Shown: one piece after another, positions 38,161-49,749 of the stretch | How the letters are laid out: each line of letters begins with the position of its first letter | Numbering within the stretch: position 1 is the stretch's first letter | NCBI GenBank assembly: GCA_963575745.1 | Contig: CAUYUJ010000002.1 | Location: 558,001 to 622,000, forward strand | Direction: 5' to 3' | DNA: 64,000 nt | DNA from: Prorocentrum cordatum | Lineage: Eukaryota | Position numbers and translations under genes: made by a program | The notes under the pieces: model-generated | Database searches by the model: none | What the model saw: the letters and a program-made list of their open reading frames with translations, nothing else | Told to the model about the DNA's origin: nothing

Positions 38161-40300
38161 CGTCGTCGTCGTCGTCGTTGTCTTTCTCCTCCCTCGTCGT
38201 CGTCGTCGCCGTCGTCGTCCTCTGTCGTTCCTCGTCGTCGTCGTCGTCCTCCTCCTCTTTGGCGTCGTCGTCGTTTCCGTCGTCGTTGTCGCCGTGGTCG
38301 TCCTTCCTTCTCCCTCGTCGTCGTCGTCCGTCATTGGCATCTCGTCGTCGTCCCTCCTATGTCGTCGCCGTCGCCGTCGTCGTCGTCGTCGCTTCTCTCC
38401 TCCCTCGTCATTGTCGTCGTCGGCGCCGCCGTCCTCCCTTCTTCGTCGTTCGCGTCGTCGGCGTCCTCACTCCTCCCTCGTCGTTGTCGTTGTCGCCGTC
38501 GTCATCCTCCCTCCTCCCTCGTCGTCGTCGCCTTCGTTGGCGACGTCGTCGTCGTCGTCGTCGTCATCGGCCTCGTCGTCGTCGTCGTCGTTGCCGTCGT
38601 CGTCCTCTGGCTTTCGTCGTCGTCGTCGTCCTCTTTGGCGTCGTCGTCGTATCTGTCGTCGTTGTCGCCGTGGTCGTCCTTCCTCCTCCCTCGTCGTCGT
38701 CGTCCGTCGTCGGCGTCTCGTCGTCGTCCCTCCTATTTCGTCGCCGTCGTCGTCGTCGTCGTCGTCTTCCCTCCTCCTTCGTCGTTGTCGTCGTCGGCGT
38801 CGCCTCCCTTTTCGAGGCGGGACCGCTGTCGCCCCCGCCGCCTCTCTCGGCCTTCCTCTTACAGAGCGGGAAGCCTAGGCGGGGAGCGCGGCACTACGAC
38901 GAGAGCTCGCGAACCCTTCGCCATGCCTGCGTCCCACCACTTCGCCGTTCGCGTCGTCGCCGTCCTCCCCCCTCCCTCGTCGTTGTCGTCGTCGCCGTCG
39001 TCGTCCTCCCTCCTCCCTCGTCGTCGTCGTCTTCGTTGATGACGTCGTCGCCGTCGCCGTCGTCGTCGTCGTCGCCGTCGGCGTCGTCGTCATCGGCGGT
39101 GTCGTCGTCGTTGGTAGTGTCATCGTCATCGTCGCCGTCGCCGTCGCCGTCGTCTTCGTCGGTGTCGTCTTCGTCGGTGTCGTCGTCGTCGTCGAAGTCG
39201 TTGGAGGCGCCGTCGGCGTCGTCGTAGTCGTTGTCGTCGGCGTCGTCGTCGCCGTCGTTGTCGCTGCCGTCGTCGGCGTCGGTGTCGCTGCCAAGTGCCA
39301 TTCGGTACCCACCGTCACGCTCTTAAGAGGTCTCGCGACCAAGTTGTGGGTGGGAGGGTGGGATGTTTGCACGAGCAGTGGAGAGGACAGCTTCACGTTG
39401 AGCAAGTGAATTGCACCACATGTATTGCACCACCGAGACGGCATAATACGGTTTGCACCACCTAGCTTATACCACATTGATTGCACCACGTAGATTGCAC
39501 CCCAAGTATTGCACCACAAATGTTGTCTCAAGTATGCTGATGCTGCGACACGTAGCTTACTCCACACAGTTTGCGCCATCTAGCCTGCGTCACAAATATT
39601 GCACCACACGTATTGCATGCATCACACGTATGGCACCCTGACAAGTTGTTTATTACACACATTTGTTTATCGTAGCATCTATCATATTGCATACATAGCA
39701 CCACAACGGTTACACAACTTAGCTTACACCACATATATTGCACCAAATATTTTGCACCACATAGAGGGCACATCATTGGTTGCACCATCTAACTTGCACC
39801 ACACCTACTGCTGAACATAGACTGCGCCACGTAGTTTGCATGACATATTCAGCTGCCTGCGGCAAGTCTGCCACCGTGTCATGTCATGTTTTCCAGCAGG
39901 ATGATATAACAATGATGATGGTGATGCAATCAATGGTCATGACGATCATGGTGATGATGCATTGGATGATGGTGGTGAGGAAGATGCGGAGGACAAGGAT
40001 GATGATGATATTGATGTTGACGATACTGATGACGACGACGATGTTGGCGATACTAATAACGAATATGATGATGACGATGTTGACGATGATGATAATGCGG
40101 ATGATGGTGAGGATGTTGATGCGGGTGACGACCATGATGACGATGATGATAACGATGACCACGGCGATGGCGATGACGACGACGACGAAGATGATGATTA
40201 TAACGCTGATGATGATGATGACGATCATGATAACGAAGGTGATTATGGGAGGAGGAGAAGGAGAAAGAGGAGGTGGATGACGAGGAGGAGGACGACGATG
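38160..40300. repeat. (GTC)n complex tract (38160-39290), TGCACCAC-type repeats (39410-39830), degenerate (GAT)n (39898-40300)
   Basis: Direct reading. Confidence 0.9.
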
Positions 40301-41764
40301 AACGCCGTCACATGTGGCAGAGTTTTTCTGTACAGTCAGCCCGCGTAGTAAATATGGGCAACCATTCCAAGGGTATCCTTGCATACTTGCCCCTTCGGCC
40401 CATCCTTAGCGGCCTTCGCCGGCCAATCTCGTTCGACAAATATATACATTGGCCTCCTATGCCGTTGCAGCCTTGCCACGCATCCTTATGATACAGGTTT
40501 GTTGTACTTTTTGAAGAGCTCTCATGGACATCATTTGGGCAGTCGTTGGGCCTCGTTTGGGCCTCTCGAGGGCCGTGTTGGGTCCTCTTGGGTGGGCTGC
40601 TTTCGGCCTCTTGGGGCCTCCTGGTGGCGTCTTGGGACAGAAGTCTAGAGTTAGTATTCCCCCTCCGGGGTCCTTTTTGGAGCCGTTTTGGCGCCTTTGG
40701 GGGCCGTCCTCGGCGCCATTTGGGTTGTCTTGGAGCTCTATTGGGCCGTGTCAGGGCCCTCTTGGGGGCCTGCTGGGTCGCATTGGGGTAGTCTTGGAGG
40801 CCTTTTGGGTCGTCTTGGAGCGTCGGAAGCACGACACGGCGAACACCCAAAACACATTCAAACACCTCAGAGCACCTGATGGAGGTGCCTCTTGGGACCC
40901 TCTTGGGAAGGCTCTTACGGCTCTCTTGGGACGCCTGGAAGGCCTAGCGGGCCGTTTTGAAGCCACATTGAGCCGTCTTGGTGTCAAAGTGGCCCGCTTT
41001 CGAGCGATATTTGGGCCGTCTTGGAGGCATCTGGGCCCCAGGCGTGCGACTCTGCCGCATTTTGTGAAGGAGCTTGGTGTTTGGTGTGATGTGCAGCGCC
41101 GGGCTACGCAGCGCGATACCATGCAATGGGATGCTGTGCAAAGCTATGCTATGTGCCGCTGTGTGATGCCCTGGCGCTGCAATAGTGTGATGTGCAAAGT
41201 TTGACTACGCAAGGATATGGCATACTATGCATCGCGTACCCTTTGGGACCCGTTGCCTTTTTCGACATCCAACTGTGCGAACAGCGGGGTTCTTCGAGGG
41301 GTTCTACGCAATGGTAAGGGTGGGAGGGAGAGATAGGACGTCAGATAGGACGCGAGCGCACCTCGCTTGCCCATCCCTCTCTGCCCTCTCCTTGCCTCCC
41401 TTGTGTCCATCCTCCTCTTCACTCCCCCTCTTTGCTTCCCATCGCGCTCATTGCTTCGTCCTCCCACTTCCTCCCTCACATTCTCCTCATCCTCTCGCTT
41501 ATACCTGGTTCCTCGGCTCGTTCACGGAGTGGGGACACAGGCAAGTTTTAAGCTCCCCTCCCCTGTGCACGTTGTGATGATCAAAAAGAGGGCCCCCCTG
41601 TTCGAGCAAGCCGTCCTCTTCATCCTCCCCTCTCCCCCTTCCGCCCCCCTCCTCCCAACGCCCATGCATTATCACCCGTTTTCCATACCCTTCCTTTCTT
41701 CCCTCGCTGTCTTTCCTGTCCTTTCCTCTCCCCCCTTCCCCCCTCCTCCTCCGCCTCCTCCTCC

Positions 41765-42125
41765 AGCGATCTCACCGAGTTGGAACGTTTCTGGAAGCTG
41801 GGTAACGACCTAGCTGACAGCGTTGCCACAAACTCACTTGTCAGGCACCCACAGCCTGACCCTGGTGATGTTGAATGGTTGGATCGGTGCTTGTCCAATT
41901 CGAAATGCGTTATGCGCCTCTCTGCTGAGCTTATGCCAGAGTGGCCCAGGCTCGATCTCAAAGGCATTCCTTTGGTACCCAAGCCCCCTAAGCCCAAGGC
42001 GGAACCGCTGCCTCATCAGTGGGTTCGGGTATCCAGTTTTTGGCAGTGCTCTGAGTGTCTCAAAGTTGCCAAGGGCGTTCCGCCCCTTTGCCCCAGTGGC
42101 AGAGGCAAGCTTGGAGGTCTGGACA
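41765..42125 (+). mobile_element. Retroelement fragment: RNase H C-terminus plus Cys/His motif
   Basis: GNDLADSVA (from 41801) matches the RNase H1 G-N-x-x-A-D-x-x-A motif. HQW...WQCSEC follows. Confidence 0.6.
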
Positions 42126-42129
42126 GGTG

Positions 42130-44940
42130 CGAAAGTGTCCTTTGGAGTGCCCCTCGGGCTGTGGATGCTGAGATATTCTTAGCCAGCGGCTGAATTTGGA
42201 CATGTCTTGTTTTGAAAGATGAGCGGCGCGAAGTCGTGGGTCGGCAGATCCCGGGCAAAATCGACGGCCATGCTTCGGACCAGAGCCTGCTTCCCTCGGT
42301 TGCGCGGGGGTGGCCCCCCGCGCCCTGGGGACACCCGTCCCGCCCCCCCGGCGGAGGGGCCATCGGTCGCCGAATGGTGCGTCGAGCCCCCCGACAAACC
42401 TTTTCGCTGGGCGGGTTGATTTGAGCAGGCAGGCTTTGCAAGAGGCATCCCATTTGCGAGCTGCGCCGCGCAGGCTGGCGTCCGCGAGAGTCGGCGCCCC
42501 GGGCGCGGCGGCGCGCTGGGCAGAGGTCGTTTTGGCGCGCGCTGACTGTGCCAGCGCTATCGTTGACTATGCAGCTTCGCCTGAGGTGCGCGCGCACGTC
42601 CTCGCAGTCCACGCGGGCCACATCTCGCAGGCTGGAGCCGACGAGGCCCATGAGGCGCTGGAGGGAGCGGGCAACGCGAAGGCGCGCCCCAGCTTGAACG
42701 ATCTTGGCCCGTCGGAAGAGGAGCTGTTCCGTAGGACTGGAGATCGCTGCGCCAACATTGGGGTCAAAGTTACGGCCGATTTCCATTGTTTCGGACTTCT
42801 TCGATGGTGCGGATCGTCGCATCAAGTTCACGGAGGTGTTTTCCGTGGGCATGTGTGCCGCGCATTTGTCCCCCCCGTGAATTGGGTGACGTCGAGTACG
42901 CCAATCCCGAAAACCATACATGTGAGCAGGCCGTCTCTGATTAGTGCGTTGTTTCTTGTATCACTGGTTTTCCGCCGCGGAGCAATGCTTGTTGCGAAGC
43001 CAACCGTGGCCAAGTCGGTTTCAAGCTAAATGAAACGGCAGCTGCCACCTTTCAGGACATGTTCAGGCTCTTCCCATGGACCCAATCAAGTCAACATAAG
43101 TGTTAATCGCCACTCGGTCGTTGGATTTGAATGTTCGGGCCGTTCCCGTTGATTTACCTGGATGGATTGCACTGTCTGCGCGTCCACGGGTCCGCCTCAC
43201 ACGTCTAAGTTGTTCTTGCAGTGCTGCTCAGATCCCAGTAGCATGGGCGCTTGCCTGAGATCGGAATGGAAAAAGCATTGATTGGATGCCGCCCGCAGCA
43301 CGGACAGTGGCACGTTGACAAAGTTGTCGCCGAGATGTTGTTTCGTTTGATATGGCCCCCGAGGGAGTTGCAACGGCCGCTGCGAGATCTAGCTTGTGTG
43401 TAGTTGCCTCTCTTTCTGAGGCTCCTGGTCCAGATGTGCTGGCGGCGCAGGTAGACTCGGGTGGGTCCTCGTCTAGTGCCTCTGCGCCGCTGCGCGTCGC
43501 AGCCGCGCCCATTGCGGAGAAACTCGTTTTCCTTGGGAAATTGCCGCATCGTTTTACGGTGGGGGCCCTTCGGGAGGCGACGCCACTTCAGTCTCCGCGT
43601 TTGCCGCGTTTGCGGAGGAATGGAGAAACATTGTGCCCGCGGGAGGTGCTTCTGCCAGTGCCGCGGCACTCGAGGAGGTTGCCTGCCCCGTCCAGGACTC
43701 CAGGCAAACCCTGAAACACGTTGCAAGGTCTCTTCGCGTTGAGGAGGATGGGCGCCCTTTGGTGGGGGCTCCTCGTTCCCAAGAGAAACGACTCGGAGCG
43801 ATATCGCCGCTTTTGATGGGTCAGCCCCGCTTGCGGCCCTTCAGGCTGGACTTGTCGTCCTTATGATGCCCTTCGTTCGCGTTAGTGTCTTATGCTGCCC
43901 GTGGCTTGGTCACCGCCACGGGTAGCATTGCAATGCCTGCTGATTGCGTGGGCCGGCCGCGCGGGTCCTCTCGGATGTTGCTTGCAGCGAGAAAACCAGG
44001 AGACAGGCTGCGCCTCTGCCCCCCCCCTGCCCCCCAGGCCACCCGGCAGTTGACTCGCCCGATGCCTTTTCCTTTGCCTACGCCTTCGCAGGCGTCGAGA
44101 GCAGGGATGGGCCATGTGCCCTCCCGCATTATGCGCTCATGGCTTCTGTTCTGGATCTCCCTGCAGGGCCCGCCTGACACCAAGGTGTTCGGGCTCCGAC
44201 ACACTGGCCTTGCTGCGCAATCTTGGGCTTGCAGCTGAGAATTGCGCGTCGCCCTACAGCCGCGCACAGACTACAAACCCTCGCTGCGAGATGTACCTGT
44301 TGTGGTTGAGGCTCTCTCCCCGTTCACATGTCAATGCAGCTGGAGCTCCGCGACTCCGCGAGCAAAAGACCCGTCCTCCCCCCCTGCTCTCTTCCTCTCG
44401 CTTCCCTTCCTCTCATGTGTGCCTTCCCCAGAGCCGCGCGCGCACCAGAGCAGACCAACCTGGTGCTCGAGGTGATACGCAATTGCTGCAAAGGGCTTGC
44501 GGCATCCTTCCAGCACGATGCACAGATGATGCACCATAGGGCATGTTGCTCAGCCCCGTTCTTCCTCAGATCTCCGACGTCGCGTTGTTTTCACATCGTG
44601 GGCCCCCAGAAGTCTAAAACCCTTCCTTAGTATTCGGTTTTTCAGCTCAAGCAATTTTCTGACGGTCCCGCGCTCGACTGAGGGCCCCCTGAGGTTGAAC
44701 ATGGCCAAACGCCGTCCTTCGCGATGTTTGCTATCGCAAAACAGGAGTGCAGGGGGTTCTTCCTTGACCCTCCGTTCCTTCAATCTGCGGAGGCAGCCCT
44801 TCGCCGGCCTGCTCAGCCCTGGCGTTCAACCTGGCACTTCCGATGGAGTTTGACCACCCTGGTGTGGAACGCAGGGATGCCTCCGCAGCCGGCCGGGGCG
44901 TGCCCACAACCTGCGTCGGCCTTTTCCGGCCGGCTGGCGT
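42130..44940 (-). pseudogene. Heavily decayed non-LTR reverse transcriptase region
   Basis: On the minus strand INTYVDL (43107-43087) resembles a broken YVDD. It is preceded by RATVRAAGG...TGI and followed by LATVGF...K, in the expected order, with many stops and frameshifts. Extent is approximate. Confidence 0.4.
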
Positions 44941-44949
44941 GAGGAGAGA

Positions 44950-45423
44950 TGCAAGGGATGAGAAGAAGGCGGAGGAAGAGGAGGGAGGAGGAGGAGGAGG
45001 AGGAGGAGGAGGAGAAGGGGGAGGGGAGGAGGTTGAAGGAGGGGGAGGGGAAAAAGGGGAAGAGGAGGGGAAGGGAGGTTGTCAGCAGGGTGAGGGGGGA
45101 GGAGGGGGGAGGTGAAGAGGGGGGAGAGGAGGGGAGGAGGCGCAGGAGGAGGAGCAGGATCAGGAGGAGGAGGAACAGGAGGAGCAGGAATAACAATAGG
45201 AGCAGGAGGAGCATGATGAGCAGGAGGATGGTGATGGTGATGGGGGAGACGATGATGCTGCTGCTGATGACGATGATGATGATGATGATGATGACGATGA
45301 TGATGATGGCGACGATGTTGATGGTGATGGTGATGGTGATGATGCTAATGCTGATGATGGTTGAAGTGATGTTGAAGTGATGATGATGAGGATGATGGAT
45401 GATGGATGATGGATGATGGATGA

Positions 45424-45468
<45 letters not shown>

Positions 45469-45534
45469 CTGATGCTGATGCTGATGATGATGATGATGAT
45501 GGATGGTGGATGATGGATGATGGATGATGGATGA

Positions 45535-45571
<37 letters not shown>

Positions 45572-45640
45572 CGATGATCGCGATGGTGACGATATTGTTG
45601 GTGGTGGTGATACTGGTGACGATGGTTGACGGCGACGACG
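44950..45640. repeat. (GGA)n followed by (GAT)n/(GATGGAT)n
   Basis: Direct reading. Confidence 0.9.
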
Positions 45641-48600
45641 ATTAGGAGGAGTGGCGCGCTAGCGCGCTCGCCTGCAGGACCGTGGCGGCCGCGATATCCA
45701 CCACAACACCCACCACCTGTACCTTTTTTTTCTCGCTGGCTGGCATTGCCTTACGCGTACCACGGCATAGACCTCCCAGAGGTCCCGCAGCTCCGCCTGG
45801 CATAGACCGTTGCGGTGGGCGCGTGCCGACTCGTGAGTTTTTGCTGCGCGTCGCCAGTGCCAGGGTATGTTTCACCACGTTCCACAGCGCGCAGCGCCAA
45901 CCGCGACCTCCCGCAACCACCATGGCGCCCAAAGCAACACCTAAATACCACTCCAAGTGGCAACCACGATCATAAGGACGACAATTGTCGCCAAGACCAA
46001 TAGCAAGGCCCAAACCAGCAGTCGGCGCACAATTGGCCAGGTGGAATAATTACACATTTTTGTTGTTGTGGTTGAAAGAACGACGAAACACCCACAATGA
46101 CAAGACTCAGACCACAGAGCGCGAGAAGAAAGAAACCCGCCAGGACGACAACGAGGAGACGACCACGCAGCACAATGCCATCACCGGCATCTTGGCGTTG
46201 GACCTCCGACCCATCAGGACAAATAGAATTTCTAAACACCCCCAGTGGGAGGAACCGCCAAGATCTTCATTGTTTTGCTCCGCGCTGAGGAGCAAGCTCT
46301 ATATGCTCAAATCCTACGCGCCCTTCGCGGTCAGGACCAACAGCGCCGAACGACCCACGGATGATTCCCTCAGCACGACATCGCTCACCGAAAGCATGAT
46401 CCAGAACAACTGTCCCATCAGAGATCAGCCCAGGAATACGCCCAGGGACGCAAAGAACAAAGTGCAGGAGCAAATCACGCAGCTCAGCGAGCACACCGCC
46501 GAGTTCAACAGCAGGATCGACGGGGGAGACGAGGAGTTGGGAGCGGACGGCGAGCACGGGGACCACACACCGCCGCGCAGAACGAGGCAAACAAGCGCCG
46601 CGCCACATCCAGGTATACGACGCACTGGACACGTCAGCGCACCCCCACTGGGATCCGCAAGCGCCACCGCCACCGACCGCTACGACATCCCCGACAAGAA
46701 GTTCAAAATATTAGGCCAAGCGTCTGCATCCTACAAGGACGAGGCAAACACCTACAAGCACCAGAGGGACAGCACCCAGGGCAACGACGAGAGCGACTTA
46801 ATTAGCCAACAAGGTGAGCAACAACATGCACCGCAAGAAGATATACACGGACGGGGCTTGAAGGGCCGCCAGGGGCTGGAAGGCCAATAGAGAAGGCAAG
46901 ATCCACGCGGCCACGGTAGATCACGCGTCGGAATAAAAAATCCAAACCACGGGCAGCGAATCACATCAATAAGTGCGGGGAGACCCTCGCCAGGATCTAC
47001 ATGGAATCGAGCAGGAGGCGGGAGGTGCCCAGGGCCGAGTTCAAAACAACAAACATGCATATGTCCAGCATGGGGCAGAAAGACAGGTACATCATCCAGG
47101 AGGCATTGAGGCAGAGGAACAACATGGCGGAGCACTGCGCCACCGCCGCCGACGAGACCAAAAGTCAGCAGAAGGAGGCAATCTCCGACAGGGGCTGCAG
47201 GAAGCCCAGTCCAGAGTCAAAGGACATGCCGCGACAGCAACCAGCAGAGGGAAACCGCAACGGGACCGCGAGAGCGAACTCGACTGCCTAAGGGGGCCCA
47301 CGTGCAGAAGCACGTCCAACGCGACGAGCAGCAGTTAACGCACAACAGTGATCCACAGCGAAAGACTTCGAGGGGGGCCAGGCCATTCGATTCTGCCAGA
47401 GCCAGGGCGATGGACAACGCAGCCAGGTGGCCAACGCACATGGGCACATCGAGATGCAGCAGCACAAGCAGGCGCGTGCAGAAGCTCAGACAGATGCGCA
47501 AACGCTATTGCATCGACAGAGCCGATGAGTAGAGCACGCGTACGGTACGACCGCGAAGAATAGCAACGACGCGTTGCACTTAAACCATCGGGGCCAACAG
47601 TAATCACAACGAGTGCCAGGAGGTAACGTAGGGGGAGGAGGAGCGCAAGAAGGCGCTGGAAGCAGCCGAGATGCCTTACCGCGCGCGAGACGACCTGAGA
47701 AACCCCGACCCCCGCGACTCCATAAACTATTGATGGGGCCGACCATGGAGGCGCAGCAACGCGGATTCCACCAGAAGTAGTTACCCACCAGGCCCCGCAG
47801 ATGCCCGCCCCGCGCCCGCGCCGCTCTGCGCGCCGGTCGATTTGCGGGCCGCGGGGTCCCGCGCCAGCGGGCCAACAGACCGTTGGCGAGAGGTCGAGAT
47901 CACGCGCGAGATCACGTTCGCCAGGCGCGCCGACGGACGCGAGGGGCCGTCGCCGCGGCGCGCGAGACGCGCGAGGGGCGCGTCGAAATGGGCGCCGGGG
48001 GCCCGCGCGACCCACGCCGCTCGGCCCTTGGGTGGAGGTCCCTGTGGAGCCATGAAGCGCGCGAGGGGTGCGCCGACATGAGTGGCGGAGGCGCATGCGC
48101 GCGGCGTCGCTGGGGCCGCGGGTGGAGCTCCCGGCGGGGCCGCGACGCGCACGAGGGCTGTTCTGCATGGGCGGGGGTGCGGGGGGGGGCGGGGGGGCGC
48201 GCGTGAAGCGCGCCTCTGAGGCGTTCAGCGGAGTCCCCGATGGGGCCGCGAAGCGCGCGAGGAGTGCGCCGAAGCGAGCGGCGGGGGCGCACGCTGACGG
48301 CGTCACTGGGACTTTTGGCGGGGCCCCCTGCGGGGCCGCGAAGCGCGAGAGGAGCGCGCCGAATCCGGATAACGCGGGGGGCAGAGGCAAGGATTGGGGG
48401 GGCGGGGGGGGGCGGGGCCGGGGGGGGGCGCGCGGGGCGCAGCCTTATCGCGCCGAATGACGTTCCCTCTCCAGCGCCGCGCACATTGTTGTTCAAATGT
48501 CTGCAAGAGCTTAATAGACGGACGGCGGGTTCTTTTCAAACCTAGCGCGGCTCGCAGCATAGCGCCGCGCGGGCTCGCGTGGAAATTTTGAGGGCGGGCC

Positions 48601-49384
48601 CTGTTCAAACAATATGGTCATCGCCGCATCGCAGCGCGCGCTCGCATTCAAAATTTGCCGCAGCTTCGCGATGGAGAGCGGGCCCTGCCACGGCGCCGCG
48701 CGCGTCCGTTTTCAAGTGCGCGGGGGGGTCGCGGACGGCGGGCGGACCGTCGTTCGAAATGCGATGCGTCGCTCTTTCGCCGCGCGAACTCGCGTGGAAA
48801 AGTTGGCCAGAGCTTCGCGGATGGAGGGCCAGCCCAATGCGCGACGCGTTCCCCTTATCGCTGCGCGCATTCGCTTTAAACGTCTGCCAGGGCGTCGCGG
48901 GTGGAGGGCGGGCGCGTTTCAAACCGCGAGTAGCGCTTTGATGCCAGGCGTCGGTTTCGAACGTTTGCAGCGGCCTCGCGCGTGGAGGCGGATCCTCGTT
49001 CACGCGCGCGAGGGCCTCGCCGCGAAACGGTGCATCTCGCGCGCGCAATGCAGAAACCAGCGCAGAATGGTCGCATTCTTTTCGAACAACTGCAAATGTT
49101 CGGCCGCGCCGCCCCTGCTGATTACATAGCAGCGCTGCCAGGCGACGCGCTATAGCAGATGAGTGTTTGACGGACTGGCAGGGCCCATTCGCGACGGCGC
49201 CCGATCTCGACGCTTGGGCCGCTGGTTGAAAACGCAAAGAACAGCGGCGCGCAAGCGTCGCCCTATCTAGCTGGCACAGGCCCGCCCGGCGCTCTCTGGG
49301 GGGCGCTGACGTCGTTGACGTCGCGGGGAACGGCCGGGCCTGGCCCTCGCAGCCCGTCGGCCCCCGAGGGGGCAGGCAACTTCT

Positions 49385-49626
49385 GGGCTCCCCAGTTGGG
49401 GACGGAGTGGATAGAGCCAGAGGATCGCGCCGCATCGCCGACGCATTGCCGATGTGGCTCGACGAGGGGCCCGATTTGTTTCACGCCGACGTCGCTGATA
49501 AATCGCCGACGTCGACGATGCGTCGCTGGCGCAGTCCCAATGCGTCGACGATGCGCCGGCGATGCGACGCGATCCTCCGACCCCATCTACTCCGGCCACC
49601 CCGCCCGCCCCTGACTTGGAGGCCCC
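49385..49626. mobile_element. Palindromic MITE family G, diverged copy
   Basis: gaggatcgcgccgcatcgccg...cggcgatgcgacgcgatcctccgaccccatctactcc is homologous to 57922-58168. Confidence 0.7.
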
Positions 49627-49749
49627 AGGAGTCCCAGACGCAGACATGCGGCCTTACGCGGCGCAGAAGGGGGCGCTGTTCTGGGATCTCTTTCATCGCG
49701 AGGAGGTGGGCACTCGGGCGCGAGGCGACGCGCGCGGGCGCATTCGGCG

